From Patellaria atrata CBS 101060 (Eukaryota): a stretch of 64,000 nt of DNA. The notes under the pieces are model-generated. The model had not been told where the DNA came from, ran no database searches, and worked only from the letters and a program-made list of their open reading frames with translations. Position numbers and translations under genes: made by a program. The stretch lies in assembly GCA_010093705.1 (NCBI GenBank), contig MU006101.1, positions 471,614-535,613 of the forward strand, written 5' to 3'. Below are positions 25,201-38,368 of this stretch, one piece after another; within the stretch, counting starts at the first letter, position 1; the number at the start of each line of letters is the position of its first letter.

Positions 25201-26777
25201 TCTGATGGTGCTCTTAAAATTGGGAATAAACTTTCCACTTCAGACTCCAATTGACGGACCGTCATGTACGGGCCGAGGGAAGAAGCTTCGTACTTCCATA
25301 AACGGCCCGTTCCAGAATTGAAATTTTAATAATAGTACGTAGATCACTGACGGGAATTTGCCGCAATCTGCGAAGTCAAAGAGTCGTCGCTTGCTGAGCT
25401 GTAACATGACTAGTGTTAGAGTTGCTAGTAGTGGACAAGTAAAACGGTAGGTAGCCTCACAGAAGTGTTTCTGACAATGCATGACGTTGTGAACTTGATC
25501 TTTAGCCCCAGAACTACCGTTCTCATGTCGCCGCTAAGAAGGCACGTGGGGTATACTCCTTAAATGGCGGTGGAGGATTCGAAAAGTAATTCGATAACAA
25601 GTATATCGATCTGCAATTTTTTTGCTATTATTCTGCGGCAGAAGCGTCAAGAGGGGAAAAAATACTACATAAGGTTTATACGAATCCTGAGGTAAGATCA
25701 AGGCAATCACACTTCACAATAATGGTCAATATATAGAGATAATAGGTCCGATGGATCAAATGTCGCGTATAAACATTACTAGGGTATATAATAATGGAAA
25801 AGTGTGACAAAAATAGCAGACCATAAACGAGGTCGCTGGGGTATATCCCACATGGTGTAGAAACCCGTCTCCCAAGAACTCCAAGACAGACCGTGAGCGA
25901 TGTCGCGAAGACCCATGCTCATGTAACCCCCTTCCAATGTCGCGCCACTGATGCAAATCATACAAAAACTAGTAGGGATGAGGGTGTAAAGTGTTTGGTG
26001 TGAAGAAGGTTCATGCATCAAATACTGTATGAGTGAATCGTGGCGCGGCGATGAAGGGGAAAACGCTGAAAATTAAAAGACGTGTAACTACTGAATCCAC
26101 GAAAACCGAACCAGCGGCCGCAGAAAAGTATGTGAGACAAGTATCGGGAGAGAGGATGTAGAAGATGTTGATAAGGTAGAGTAAGATATCATGGTCGGCG
26201 ATATGTGATGTTGAACGTGAGACGCGAAGTGGTCGAGATGATGTTCGGGAGTTCGGGTTCGTAGTATGGTAATGCGGTGTGTAATATATTCAGGTGAGAT
26301 GTGTCGATGAATTGCTGCAAGAACTTCCAGGAATGCGACCCGTGACCGGTGACGAAACGTGGATTACGAGACAGATGGCCAATGAGAAGTGGGCAAGATC
26401 GATCTCACATGCAATGCAATGCAATGCACAGAAGAAGCGCGCAATGAGACGAACGTCTTCTTTAATTTCCAGGGAGCACTTCCTCATTCAGATTGATTGG
26501 CGAGTCATTGGTCTTCGTGATAGGTGCGGCGTTGTCATACAAGTCTGAAGACAAGGCTCCAGGTCCTGAAGGATTTGAAGTGTCATGGTTGTTCTGACAG
26601 ATGCGGAGAACCGAGAGAATCACCCGCCAAGGGTACGTATATAGTAGTTATATGTCGAATTTAGGTTGGCGAAGTCCGAAAGCAATTGTAGCATAGAGAA
26701 ATATGCCGGTGGTCGATTGTCTGATATCGATGGAGTACTACTGAAATGGAGTGATGAAGTCGACGTGGCGTACTCAT

Positions 26778-26855
26778 CTATTTGCTAGGGACCGGAGGAA
26801 GAGGTCTACTCGGGGGAGGACCGGGGCAAGGAGGAAAGCTCGTGAGTGCAGGCAT
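26778..26855 (-). CDS. Candidate 25-aa proline-rich microprotein MPALTSFPPCPGPPPSRPLPPVPSK
   Basis: First ATG downstream of a TATA-like CATAAATA (27107-27114, minus strand), after a ~250-nt ATG-free C/A/T-rich leader. Start context CCACAATGC; 11/25 residues are Pro; contains RPLPPVP (class I SH3 ligand). Confidence 0.6.
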   Translation of the reverse strand: MPALTSFPPCPGPPPSRPLPPVPSK

Positions 26856-29800
26856 TGTGGTTTGTCTTGTGTGGGATGGTATCTTGAAAGATATCCGATT
26901 ACTGATGCAAAGCAACAGTGATAATAGTCCTAAACAGAGGGAAGCTGAAGTTGCTGTGTGAAAGTTGATTGAGTATAAAGCTCTAGCGAAGTAAATGCCA
27001 ATTGATTCTTTCTAGTTTCGGCTGATAGGAGGACAATTGTTCAGACTGTTTGATGCTGAGGGAGAAGAAACAAAAAAGGTTGTCAAGTGGTGGGGGGAAT
27101 GGGTGGTATTTATGGTATGGGCCAAAGGGGGAAGGCTATACAAGCACAAAGTACACAGTCACAGCTCTACTTTACCCTGGTCCAAGTCATGGTGTAATAA
27201 TAAAATCAATCGGCTAGGGTTATAGGTATTTGCCCAGGAGTCGTGGCCTTTCTGTTCGATGATGATGAGCCTGATGGGTGTCATTTTGGTCAAAGCTCAA
27301 CAGCGGTGAGCTGAAGCGGTTCCGAAGGTAGAAAGGCTCAGGGAAGTCTTGCTGGGAATTGATGGCCCTTGATGAGCGAGCCTTGGGGCTTGGCTTGCAT
27401 CTGGTGGGCATGACAAGGCTGAAGGAATAGGAGTGGCACCGAGTGGGTGCGGAGGGAGGGCATTCTGAACCGTGCATCAGCCAAATTCACCATTCTTGAC
27501 CTTCTTGTTCATCACGCATCGCTCATCCCGGTAATATTTCAGGAAGAAACACGGAGGCGAGCACTCGTTCGGCCTTGTTTCATCGTCCTCGTGATGTACA
27601 TCCTGGCAGAACTGGCGCACACAAATTATTGCCATGAACAAAAAATCCCCCTCAGTATTTCCTTATCCATCACCTTGATCGACCGATTGAGCAACAGACG
27701 GGACTCACGGGAGATACGGTACCTGTCTATCTGAACTCAGCAAGCAAGAAGCCTGGTATTTTGCTTTATCAGCTTGACAAGACCGCATCATTGATAGTCA
27801 GCAGTAGTAAGGAGCGTTTCAGCAACATGGAATAATCCGTAAAACTTAGTTCTAAGGAGATATCGTCAGGCCATTATTTTTTTCCAGATAGACGATACTG
27901 CCGAAGCTATGTTAAAGCCGCGATGAGAGAAAAAGGGTGGGGAGCCTAAGGAGGGATAGTAAGCGAAATTTTCTCATAAACCGTACCTTAAGCCAAGCGT
28001 CATATCAGACAGGAACAGGCACATCAAAAAGCAGAAGGCACGATCTCCTGTCTCAAAAAGATGCATCATGAGGTGGTATGAAAGGTAAGGTATGGTAGGT
28101 TGGTGTGAGAGGCGGTGGAACCAAAGCCCAAGCCCAAGCCCGAGCCACACCCAAAAAACTTCCATCCAGGCACCGAAAAGCTCATTCAGCAGCAGGTGCA
28201 GCACACAGGCCACTCCACTCTTTCTAGCTGCCTTCTAGTCAAATTAATTGTGACGCAACCCTCATTTCTTCTCTCCTTTATCGAAGAGACAACCTGACTC
28301 TTTCAAGCTGCAAATTTCAATACAGTTTTCGGCAGTAATCAAAAACAGAAAGCTGTGGGTGGGCCCAGATGAGTGCGCTCAGATATCGCCTTCTCATCCC
28401 GCCTTCTACTTCGCTTCTCCCGTCGTTCTAAAAGCAGACACGAGCTGATTGCTACTTTTGGTGATAAGGAAGCGGAAAAGTTGGCAGTAAGTGGGATAGA
28501 TGCATGCCGTAACTTGCTGACGCTGTTGCACAATGTGCCGGTTCGACCGGAAGCATCGCAATCAAAAGAATGTCAGATGGCATTCTTGGTAGGATGAAGC
28601 GGAGGCCTACGTACTTCTTTTGTGCCGATGATGGGTGATACAGCCTGTGAAGGTGCAGTATCGCCAGCCCGTTTTCCCTATCAGTAACATCGTATCCCGT
28701 CCCGCTTTCAATTGTTCCTTTTGGGGTCTGAAGGCTGAAGATGTTGGGCAGTACAGTTATACCGATAAGTGTTATGGTATGCATCTTTCTTGTTCTCCAG
28801 TTCTCGAGTCCGCCGTTTCCCGGTTGTTTGACCAACCAGATCCTGCGTTCTACTACTGTACGGAAATGCGTCAGATTCTGCCACTTGTTACCGTTTGCAC
28901 CGACAATCAGTTTTGACAGCTTTAGCCGTCTACCTAGCATCAACACTGCATATGTCGGTGGAGCCTTTCTCATTTTACTTCTGTGATGCCGTCTTTATCT
29001 CTTTGCGATCGAAGATTTGCTACTGTCAAGCTCTTTTACAGACTGCATACGGAGTAGAGGCCAAGGCAGCGGCAATTGGTGGCCAGATGACAAGATCTAT
29101 CTTGATCCCAAGGAAAAGGTTCGATTTTTCTCAAATTACCATGCCTGCTGCACGCCTTCTCCTGGTCCTTGTCCTCGTCCTTGTCCAAATGTCCAAGCAA
29201 AGTCCATCTGTATAACGCTCTAGCCGCAGACTTGAACTTGCCATCCATGCGAACCCGAGGGAGCGAAACTACACACGTGGAAGCAAGGATGCGAAAAGGA
29301 GATCTGACGCCACAAGAAGTGCGATTTTCCTCACCGCCTTGAGCTGCCATCATCAGTACTTCAGGGTGATCTGTACTACTGTACCCGTATGCCGGAGTTT
29401 CGACCTATGCAGCATATCCCTTTTACATGCAGCACATTGATTGAAGCGTCTTCATTCCATCGTCCAAATGGGTTAAGGGACATGAACGTACATGCAGATA
29501 TAATTTCAACTCCGGTGCATGGAAGGCCGGCTCGTCAGTGCCGGTACGGTATTTCTTTCGGTTTTTTTTTTTTTCGTTTTTCGAAGCCCACATGACTTCT
29601 GTACCTGCAGTAGCAAAGTCTGGGCTGACGGGGGATCAGCACAGCCAAAGCGGCAGATTTTCAGGGGGTTGAGAAAGAAAATTCCTGAGACCTGAAACAT
29701 TCGCAAAATTCGTCAGCTGTGGTTGAGGTTTCAGACTTTCCTTCACCGCACCCTCATACCTCGGTCGAAGCACCGATGATTTTCCACCGAATTTTCATTT

Positions 29801-31194
29801 ATTCAGAAGCTCTCTCTTTTGCCTGGAAAGGACTTTCAATTTTAAAATTTTATTCAAGAGGCAAAAGGTTCTTCGTATCCCGGCTGTCGCGACGATAAAG
29901 GTAATGGCTCATAAGTTTAGTGGCGTTGCATTAATAACCCTGAAGAGTTCGAATCGTCGGACAGTTCGCCTACGAGGTTGCATATCGTGCGTCGACTCTT
30001 TCTGCAAGTCATAGTTACTCCGCATAATGCCCCTGCCAGTTTGTCGTACAGAAGCTCATCAAAGTCCTTCAAATCCCAAATTGATTTCTTTCTAAAAGTC
30101 CGCGATGCAAAGCATCAAATATACTTTGCATGTGAAACCATCCTCTTTGATTTTTTGCTGCAAGATTGCTAAGCTACATGTCGCACAACCCTCTTCGAAG
30201 ATGGGAATTTGCCATTTTTACTTTTTCTTTCAAAGCAGCCCAAGTGCGTAACCTTCTGCTTTCAGTTTCTCCCTTGCATGCCAACTGATCTCTCTAACCT
30301 TTTGCTGCTTGCCCAATTTTCATTATCTTTGCTTCTACCGGGGCTATTTGATTCTAGATCTGTCCGTGCAGGAGCCACCGGCAACCGAGCCTTCCGTCAT
30401 CTTCGTTCAGCTTGTCAGTTCCGAACTTGAGTTCAAGCTTGTCCGTGGCTGGTTGCATTCCTTCGGACCGTTTTGTGGTGGATGAACTGCCCGTCACGCG
30501 TTCGGAGAATCCGACGGACTGTGAAGCCACGGCGTACCTTTAAGATTGCGACTCTTCTCTTCGGCAAGAAGTGCCACGAGAGCTGTCTGCCTCTCCTGGA
30601 CCGTGCCGCCACGTGGATAGGTCGGGTCCTGATGAGTAGTGTTAAATCCTTAGATTTCATCGTGGCTTGACCAACCTGCTGGATGCCGGGGTACTCAGTA
30701 CTGTACACTGTGCAAGATGGTCCTTGTGATCGGCTTTGGGGTTTGGGGAATTTGGAGGTACTGTTCTTGATCTCCACAGAGCTGCAACATCTCTCGTGAT
30801 CTTGATACCACAAGATTCGATATGAGTGACCCTAGATGTCGCCATGAGCAGCGCACTTGGCCGATTGGGGATGGTAACACGCTGGTTTTCGTACGACGTG
30901 AGAAAATGATGATCCGGAAACAGTAAAGTCGAAAATGTTTATTTCTGCAAACTCGATGCGCGCCAATAGCAAAAAAGGTAGGTACGCTCGTAGGAGTAAT
31001 CGCATCCCATGCAATTTCCTAATGTGCACCATCGTACATGGATGGGAGTACAAATGATACCGTAGCCATGCGAATGAGGAATGCGCGCCAATCATTGTTT
31101 TCTTTTTTTTTTGTTTCGGCAAGGTAACTCAGGTTCAGTCAGATCCAGAGGAACGCCAGTTCTGTAAGGTATGATGGCATACCTATCCAGCTCA

Positions 31195-32101
31195 TCATCC
31201 ATCATCCTCATCATCGTCTCCCTGATCTTGCGCAGCCTGCGTCGACACCCAATTCTCTAACATCTGCTGCGAGGATTCCGGCGCCTTCCCACTCGCAGCA
31301 GTACTTTTCTGCCCTCTCCTCTTGACAACCAGACACAGAATCCTGCCGTAGATGCTGAAGCCATCGTACGACGTATTGAGCGCGAGTTTCTTCTTCTCCT
31401 CGCCCCTTTCGACATCTCCATCCCCATCTCCGTCTTGTGCGTGCTTCTTCCGTTTGTGACGTCGTGATCCGTGTGTCTGATCCTCCACATCCGAACCGGT
31501 GGACGAGTCGACAAAAAGCCCATCATCCTCATCCCCAGTATCTCTTCGCGGACGCTTTCCCCGTGAGGATCCAACCTCAGGTATATCCCCCAGCGCAACC
31601 TCAGCCCCCTCACCCTCATCCTCCTCCCTCACCACCACCGTCTCATCAGTTATCTCCACCGGCACATCCCCGGTTCCCCTCGTCAACCACCCGGTCAACT
31701 TCCCCGCATTACCCCTCATCCTCTCCCCCTTCTCGCGGAAAATCTTCTGCTTCGTCAACAGCGCATGCCCCGCCGAGCGCTCGGTCAGGAAAACAGAGAC
31801 CTCGAAATCATCTGTGGGGCAAGTTGTCAGTCGGGTTTTCCGCCAGATGACACCCCAACTCACCGCCAACAACGACATCCCTAACCCTCCCCCTTCCCTT
31901 CCCCTTCCCCTTCCCAACCGCGCGCTCGTTCTCCTCCCGCAGTTTCGGCAACACGAGTCCCCGCACCGCCTGCACGATCCGCGGCAAAGCCTCGGCGCCG
32001 GGCCGTAGGAGCCATGTCAACTGGGAGGGGTCGTCGAGGTAGATGCGCGTTTCGAGGACGGTGTGTTTGGTTAGGCGGAGGTAGCGGCGGGTTGGTGGCA
32101 T
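31195..32101 (-). CDS. Conserved fungal hypothetical protein, 2 exons
   Basis: MPPTRRYLRLTKHTVLETRIYLDDP...VLPKLREENER is joined by intron 31812-31863 (GTGAGT...CTGAC...CAG) to DDFEVSVFL...YDGFSIYGRILCLVVKRRG...MLENWVSTQA. Confidence 0.8.
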
Positions 32102-32764
32102 GTGTGTGGTTTTGGGGTTGAGGGGGGCTTTTTTTTTTGGGTGGGAAGGGGGATTAAAGGCAGGGAGGCGGTAAGGGCAGGGAGGACGTGGGGGTGTATA
32201 AGGTAAGATAGACCGTGGTGGAGAGAATCCGTGGGGTATAGTATCGTGAGGTGGGTGGTCAAGGGTTGGAGGGGGAAAAAAAGGGCATGGTGATGATAAC
32301 CTGAGGATTTGTGCTGATTTTAGGGAGCTTGTTGTAGCTACCTATTGTCGGGTGTGGTGGTCTAAGGGTGGAACCTAGGGCTTGGCGGGCGGGATTCCGC
32401 CATCTCTACCCAAACGTCAATCCAACTGGACAAACGGTGCTACGCATAAGGGAATATTCGGGGAATAATGCATCGGTGGTAGGATACGGTACGAGAAGTA
32501 AAGCTCGGTTCTAGTCAACTTGAAACTGATCCCCTCCGTACGGACTTTTGACATCGTACTGTAATCCTACAAACCTTCTAATGGGTATATGGTAAAAGCA
32601 TAGCATACGGCGATGGACCTCACTTTAAGATAGCAATCGAAATCGTACCAAAGTAGATTTGCAAATATAGCATTTTTGGGCTAACTACCTGCCTACCCTC
32701 ACCTTTTTAAAGTCCATGATACTATACAAATCCATCCGCCAATGACGGGAAATTCACGCCTCCT

Positions 32765-34256
32765 TCATTTGAGGCCTAACAAGGCCTTCCTCTTGCGCTC
32801 AGTTTCCTGAGCTAATCGACCCGCTGCGAGCACCACTTCAGGGAGCTGACCCGGATCCCGATGGCTGTAGTGGCAGCCATACCCATTTGAACAGCCGTCG
32901 GCGTACAAAAAGTACGCCAGACACGGCTCTTGAGGGGCCGGAGCCCTATTCCTCCCGGCGTACGGCACCGAAGCCGTAGCGGCCGGAGCCACTCGTTTTG
33001 GCCCGGGGAGGGCGGCTTGAGCCGTTGGGGAACGGCCCCGTTTCCTTCCTGCTATACAAGACGTCAGTGATGCTAATAATTGTAGATGTGAGCAAACGTA
33101 CCTCGACCGTCAAGAGCCCAAACGCGGATGGTTGGCGGATCAGGACAGATAGGCAGCTGTATAGATTAGCTTGACGGTACAATAATGCATCCGTATGAAT
33201 AACGAACCTTCATTCCGTCGTAATGGTTGATAAATCGAACCATATTCCTTTGGTGGAAGAATGTCAGCTCGGCTACTTTGCTACCCTCGATGGTATGAAC
33301 GATGACGATGGGATCTGCAACGGCCTTCCGTACAATGAATGTAGAGCGGATTTTATGTACGTCGAAGCTTGATGGTAGTCCAGATAACCTTACACGATAC
33401 TCTCCATTCACGGTATTCAATGAACGGTCGAACACTTCTCTAAATCCCCATCGATTGTTAATTTTTTCAAGATCACGGATAATTGGATGAGTGGCTGTGT
33501 CCGAGCGTGTGGGTCCTTGATAACGCTGTTCTCTAGACCTGTTCTGTCGTACCACCAGGGCGCGATTCAAATTCTGTGGTGGTGCTTTAGTTGGTGAGGA
33601 TGATTGATGAGTGGAATGTGGCTGAGAAGCAAGTAAAGCCCGTATTGGCTTCAGGAAAGGATTGGTGCCGACACTGGGGACCTCTTTGCGAGGTTGCGGA
33701 GCTGCTAGGGTGGATGTTGACGACATCTGATGAGATGTTGCTTGCCTTATCCATGGGCCACTCTGGAGATGAGAAGATAGATGCCGTGGAGTGGCGTGAA
33801 TTGGCAAAATCTGACCCAATCTGGGCTCTGGGCCATCTGTTAGCTCGCTGCTGGGAGGGCTGGATGGCCCAACTGCAGCCTCTTCAGCAGGCTGGGAATC
33901 GGTGGTGATTTTGACTATAGGTTTAAGCTGATACCCATCGATCTATAAGATAGAAGAGACAGTTAGCGAATGAGCTTTCTATTGTATACATACCTTATAT
34001 ACAGGCATCCGTTTGATCCATCTCATTCGGTGTCTTGGTGACTCACTGTGGTTTCTCTGACGCGTAAAATAAGCTCCGCGGCTTGGGCGGCAATCCAAGT
34101 GTTCACTTCTGCCTTGCGGGGAGCGTTATGTTGACCTGGAGGGATGACTGCAACGTCAACAACACTCCAGTCAACGGAAGGGAAAACTTTCTCCAACTGC
34201 CCCAGGGAGAAGCCCGGAGGCAGATTGAAGATAGTCACCGTGTGCATTGAACGCAT
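32765..34256 (-). CDS. Putative RNA-binding protein: two RRM-like domains plus C-terminal CCCH zinc finger, 4 exons
   Basis: RNP2-like TVTIFNLP and VRLSGLP; RNP1-like AELTF. Manual splicing keeps frame into C-x9-C-x5-C-x3-H (CLAYFLYADGCSNGYGCHYSH). Confidence 0.65.
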
Positions 34257-36143
34257 CGTGGGAATCGCGGTGCGTGTTGATGCGGTGATGATGGAAGAAG
34301 GAAAAGAAGAAAAGAAGAAGTCGAGCTCAAGCTTTTCGAACCAGAATAAATACCTTAAAACAAAATTGAAACAGGCAAAGTCAACCGAGGTGACGTACAC
34401 ACCGAAAAAGTAAGTTATAAACTACCCAAGTACAAACACCCACCTCCCTCGTGCCTTCCTTATCTGACCGATGACTGAAACTCTTGGCACGCACCTCCTT
34501 ACCCTTACCAATGACCGTTCATGAAGGGGCAGTAGGGGGCTTTTACGACGCAACAGGCCAGCTCTCTATACATTCCATTCCCTTCTATGGAGCACTTTGG
34601 GCAGGTGTACACAACCTGAACTGTCCGGATTGTACAGAAGGTGGTAATTTCTACCAACGCCTATATCGTACATTTCTCACAGCTGTGTTGTCCTTTCCGC
34701 GAAATCTCCGCCTACTCTATGGTCACTCCCAAAGGAGTATCTAATTTTTCTCTCCGTGATAGCCTAAAACGTAAGGACCCCGAACGTAGGTAGGGCTTGA
34801 TTGTCCCGATACCAAAAGTCTGTTCGTACAGTACATTTGACGTACACTAAACGTAGACTATACGAGGGGAATATTGATTCTTTCATCCGATGTTGTGTTA
34901 TGAGTATACTGAAAGTGTAAAGCGACCGAGAAGGTCTACGGTGACAAGACAACAAATAAGAGTTTCGGTACAATATTTTACTTCCCGCTAACTTCTTGAT
35001 TCGCTCCAAGTTGAGGGTGGTTACAAACTGCTAGTATGAGGAAATACATAGTATCGTGCTAAAGTCAATCGTATACATAGAGGACGAGAAGAAGAAGGCA
35101 TATCGGAAACAATGTAGGCTATAATCCATTTTCGGAAGAAACAGGATTGTAAGAGATCTTTGATTGTGTTCAGATTGCAGCTAAGGGTAACTTGTATGAT
35201 ATATAGCCATGTTTGAATTAGTGACTCAATAGAATAACTGGATAAGATGGAACAGGACGCATATTCGACAGGAATAAAACTTAGGCTTATGAGTCGGGCA
35301 AGGTAACGTCTATCAAAGGGACAACAGACTAAAATGCTCCATCAACTATACGAGAGGATTCATGAGCTAAGCTGTACCGTGTCATTCTCTCTTGTCCCAA
35401 GTAGCCATTCCACACGCTTGAAATTGTTCCTATCATCCATTGTCAATATCGAGACCAAAATCCCTGTCTACACAACTGGCGTTTGTTTGGGATTGAATGA
35501 AAGCAGCGTGTTCAGCTCTGGGAACTTCAAAACCCATCAAGTTGCCTTCGACCTTTTGGATTCAGCTTATATATCACCAGTTAAAGGAAATTGTTCTTGA
35601 ATGAAGTGAAATTCTTAACAATACGACAGAAGTCTCGAAACCCACTAGTATTGTTGACCTTCCAACCAGTTCTGGCGCGGTACACGTATTCAGTTATCGC
35701 CCAAAGTGATTCAGTCTAAAATATACTTTCAAAGACTGCCCTGCCGGACGAAGAAGTCAATTTGCAAGAGTTTTGTTCATTCGATATGGGATGGCGTCTG
35801 AACTGGGTTTCCGTGGTGTGCACGGACCCACTGAAACTAGCCCCTTTCAACCCTTTCTACAGTCAATGAGGATACAGTAACTGCGTTTCGCAAACAAAGT
35901 CTTCCACAATATAGCTTACTTGATGCTTGCTTTGAGGGATTACTGGTGCACTTATTAAGAGGTGGATGTGTCTAAACCAATGCGGAACAGGGTAAGCTAG
36001 AGAGGGTGTTCAGTTATAAGAATATCATTGATAAAACAAAAACACTCCTCAATAATTACACATGGAGGAAATACACCTATTACCCATATTCCTTTTGGCT
36101 TAATGATATCTTAAATGCTCATATACTCCCTCTCTTGCTAGCC

Positions 36144-38368
36144 TTACGTAGCCTTCGGCACCTCTGGTTTCGCTGGGAGCACTCTTGCATTATCTCTCGG
36201 CCTGCTCGCACCTCTCTCGACTCTATAATGGCCTCTCCCGCTTTGTAACGTTCCTGGTTTCAGTAGATTTTTCTTCTTCTTCGGCGGGACATCGCACTTC
36301 CGGTACCACGGATTGCAGTAGCCGGTCTTGCATGCTCTTTGCATTCGGCACTCGTCTCCTATGCAACCTTCCGTACACGGTTTGCAGGTGTAGTTAGAGC
36401 ACTCCTCATCCAAGTTACAGTCAGTAGCTTTCATGCAAGGGCGAGGAGCGCAATTATCCATGGTACGTGGATCACACGTGAGGAACATGATAGGAGTGTT
36501 GGGACATGTGTGTTCCGTTGTACAGAATTGGTGAGGCGAGTCTTTGGGTAAAGTCAGTTTGGTCTTCTTACAGATCCCCTTTACGCATTTAAGTCCGGGT
36601 TGGCAGAAAGCGTTTCTATTGCACATCATGTCCTCACAACCAAGGACACACTGCTGGCAGACGTTATTCTTGCATATAAGACCCTCATGGCAATCATCGT
36701 TAGCGGAACATAGATGGTTTTCCCGGCCTAAGATTGTCTGGCCCTCGATTGGAAGGTAAGGGTTCGGATGCACATATTTGTAGACCGTGTTATTTCTTTG
36801 GTGCTTCGTGAAAGGAGATTGCTTCAAGTATTTATTCCAATCCCACTCGCTTGGTGCAGAATTGGCCTGTCCTATCAGGTCACCGAGTCGCTTCATCTCT
36901 GTGGAGTCGTGAACGTCGATTTCAACATCGCGCACATCTGGATTTTGGCTCGTGCTTGCGAATAACTGAGGAGAGATTAGCTTGGATACGCCCAGGATTT
37001 GAAAGACGTACCCAAGGTACACCACGGAGATTGATTGCGTTCGCTTGCTCCCAGATATCTGCGAATTTGCCGCTGATTCCCTTTTCACCAATGATGTAGG
37101 TAAGCGCTTCAACTAGAATGAGCTTAGTTCCTCTCGCCTTGAATGAAGTCTGACTCTGGGGACTGAGTAGGTTTGCCTTCCTAATAATTAGACGTTTTCA
37201 CTATTTCACGTGAGATTGACTCACCCAAAGTGTTCCAGCGGGCGTTTCACTCGTCGAAGGCCAGTATCTTAATCAGAGTTAGACCATTCACGGTAGGGGG
37301 TTTGCAAGATTGATGACTTACCCGTGAATACCAATAACATCAATGGCATCGCATTCTAAGAGCTGCTGAGGGAAGTTTTCATGACCACCAGGGCTGACGG
37401 GACTCGATATACCACCTGTGATGACCGCAATATTGCTTTCACCAAGGCCAGTGGAAATCTTGAGGTGCTCTGCAATATCACAAAACCAAGACATACCCAC
37501 AGGGATTGGCCATACACCTTGGAAAGGTTCGTTCTGCAAATCCACTCCCTAGAGAATATTAAAATGAGACTCTCTTTCACCGGAATAGTGGAGAATCCTT
37601 AGGATACACTGTACGTACCAGGATAGTTTCATTTAAAGTTCTCCATTTACGACCATTGAAGTTTTTCGACTCATATCCAAAAAACATAATAGTTAGACGA
37701 AGTCTATACCACTCTCGGACTATGTAGTGGTTAGTCAACGACAACATAGAGTGTCTTGGTTGATGTACTTGTCTCATTGGTGTAAAAGTCCAACCATGGT
37801 TCCCCGACAGTTTGACAGTAGACGTCGCATTTTGCGTTATTCGTTCCACGAAGTGCATGAACATCATGCGGCGCAATTATGACCTTCGTTTTCCCTGGGA
37901 GAAGTTAGACTAATTCATGGAACATTGACCATCGATATGACATACCTTTACTGATCCGGTGAATGGCTGCTAGGGTATCGTCAAAGCGATCTAGAGATAC
38001 CTGATCGAAGGTATGTAGGTAAAATTCGGGCTACCTTCGATTAGTATGGCCATCATACTATCAGATCTTTATGCAAACCCACATCAGGATATTTTTCATT
38101 TCCAGTTACTTCATGTTGAAAAAGCACTATTAGTAGTGATGGTTGACCGCCAGACATGTCAGGACTAACTCATTAATCGTATTACGCTGACATTTGCATT
38201 CACAAGCTCTGTAATGGTAGCATCGCGTTCTGTAGGTTCTAGAAACGGTAGACTGAAGTGATTTACACCTGCGAATGAATGATGGGGCGCAGACTTTGAA
38301 AGTGCATGGATTTTAAGCGTAAAACTTAAAATTGAAATGATAATAAAAAAAACGGAATTTGAAAACAT
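36144..38368 (-). CDS. Secreted GH5-like (clan A TIM-barrel) protein with C-terminal cysteine-rich repeats, multi-exon
   Basis: Signal peptide MFSNSVFFIIISILSFTLKIHA. Motifs SFAGVN, VIRL, KVIIAPHD, GVDLQNEPF (acid/base Glu), DVIGIHGY and KLILVEAL. About 7 short introns splice in frame. The tail is CxxxxxCxxGLxCxxxxC repeats. Confidence 0.8.

Noticed and set aside
26661..26777. In-frame ATG immediately after the microprotein stop, giving a 38-aa ORF (MSTPRRLHH...)
   Set aside because: Poor start context, no motif and no readthrough signature; probably coincidental 3' UTR sequence.
28339..30880. ORFs of 60-173 aa in the gene desert (e.g. 28452-28973, 29036-29353, 30433-30813)
   Set aside because: No recognisable motifs, overlapping on both strands, several with non-ATG starts; consistent with random ORFs.
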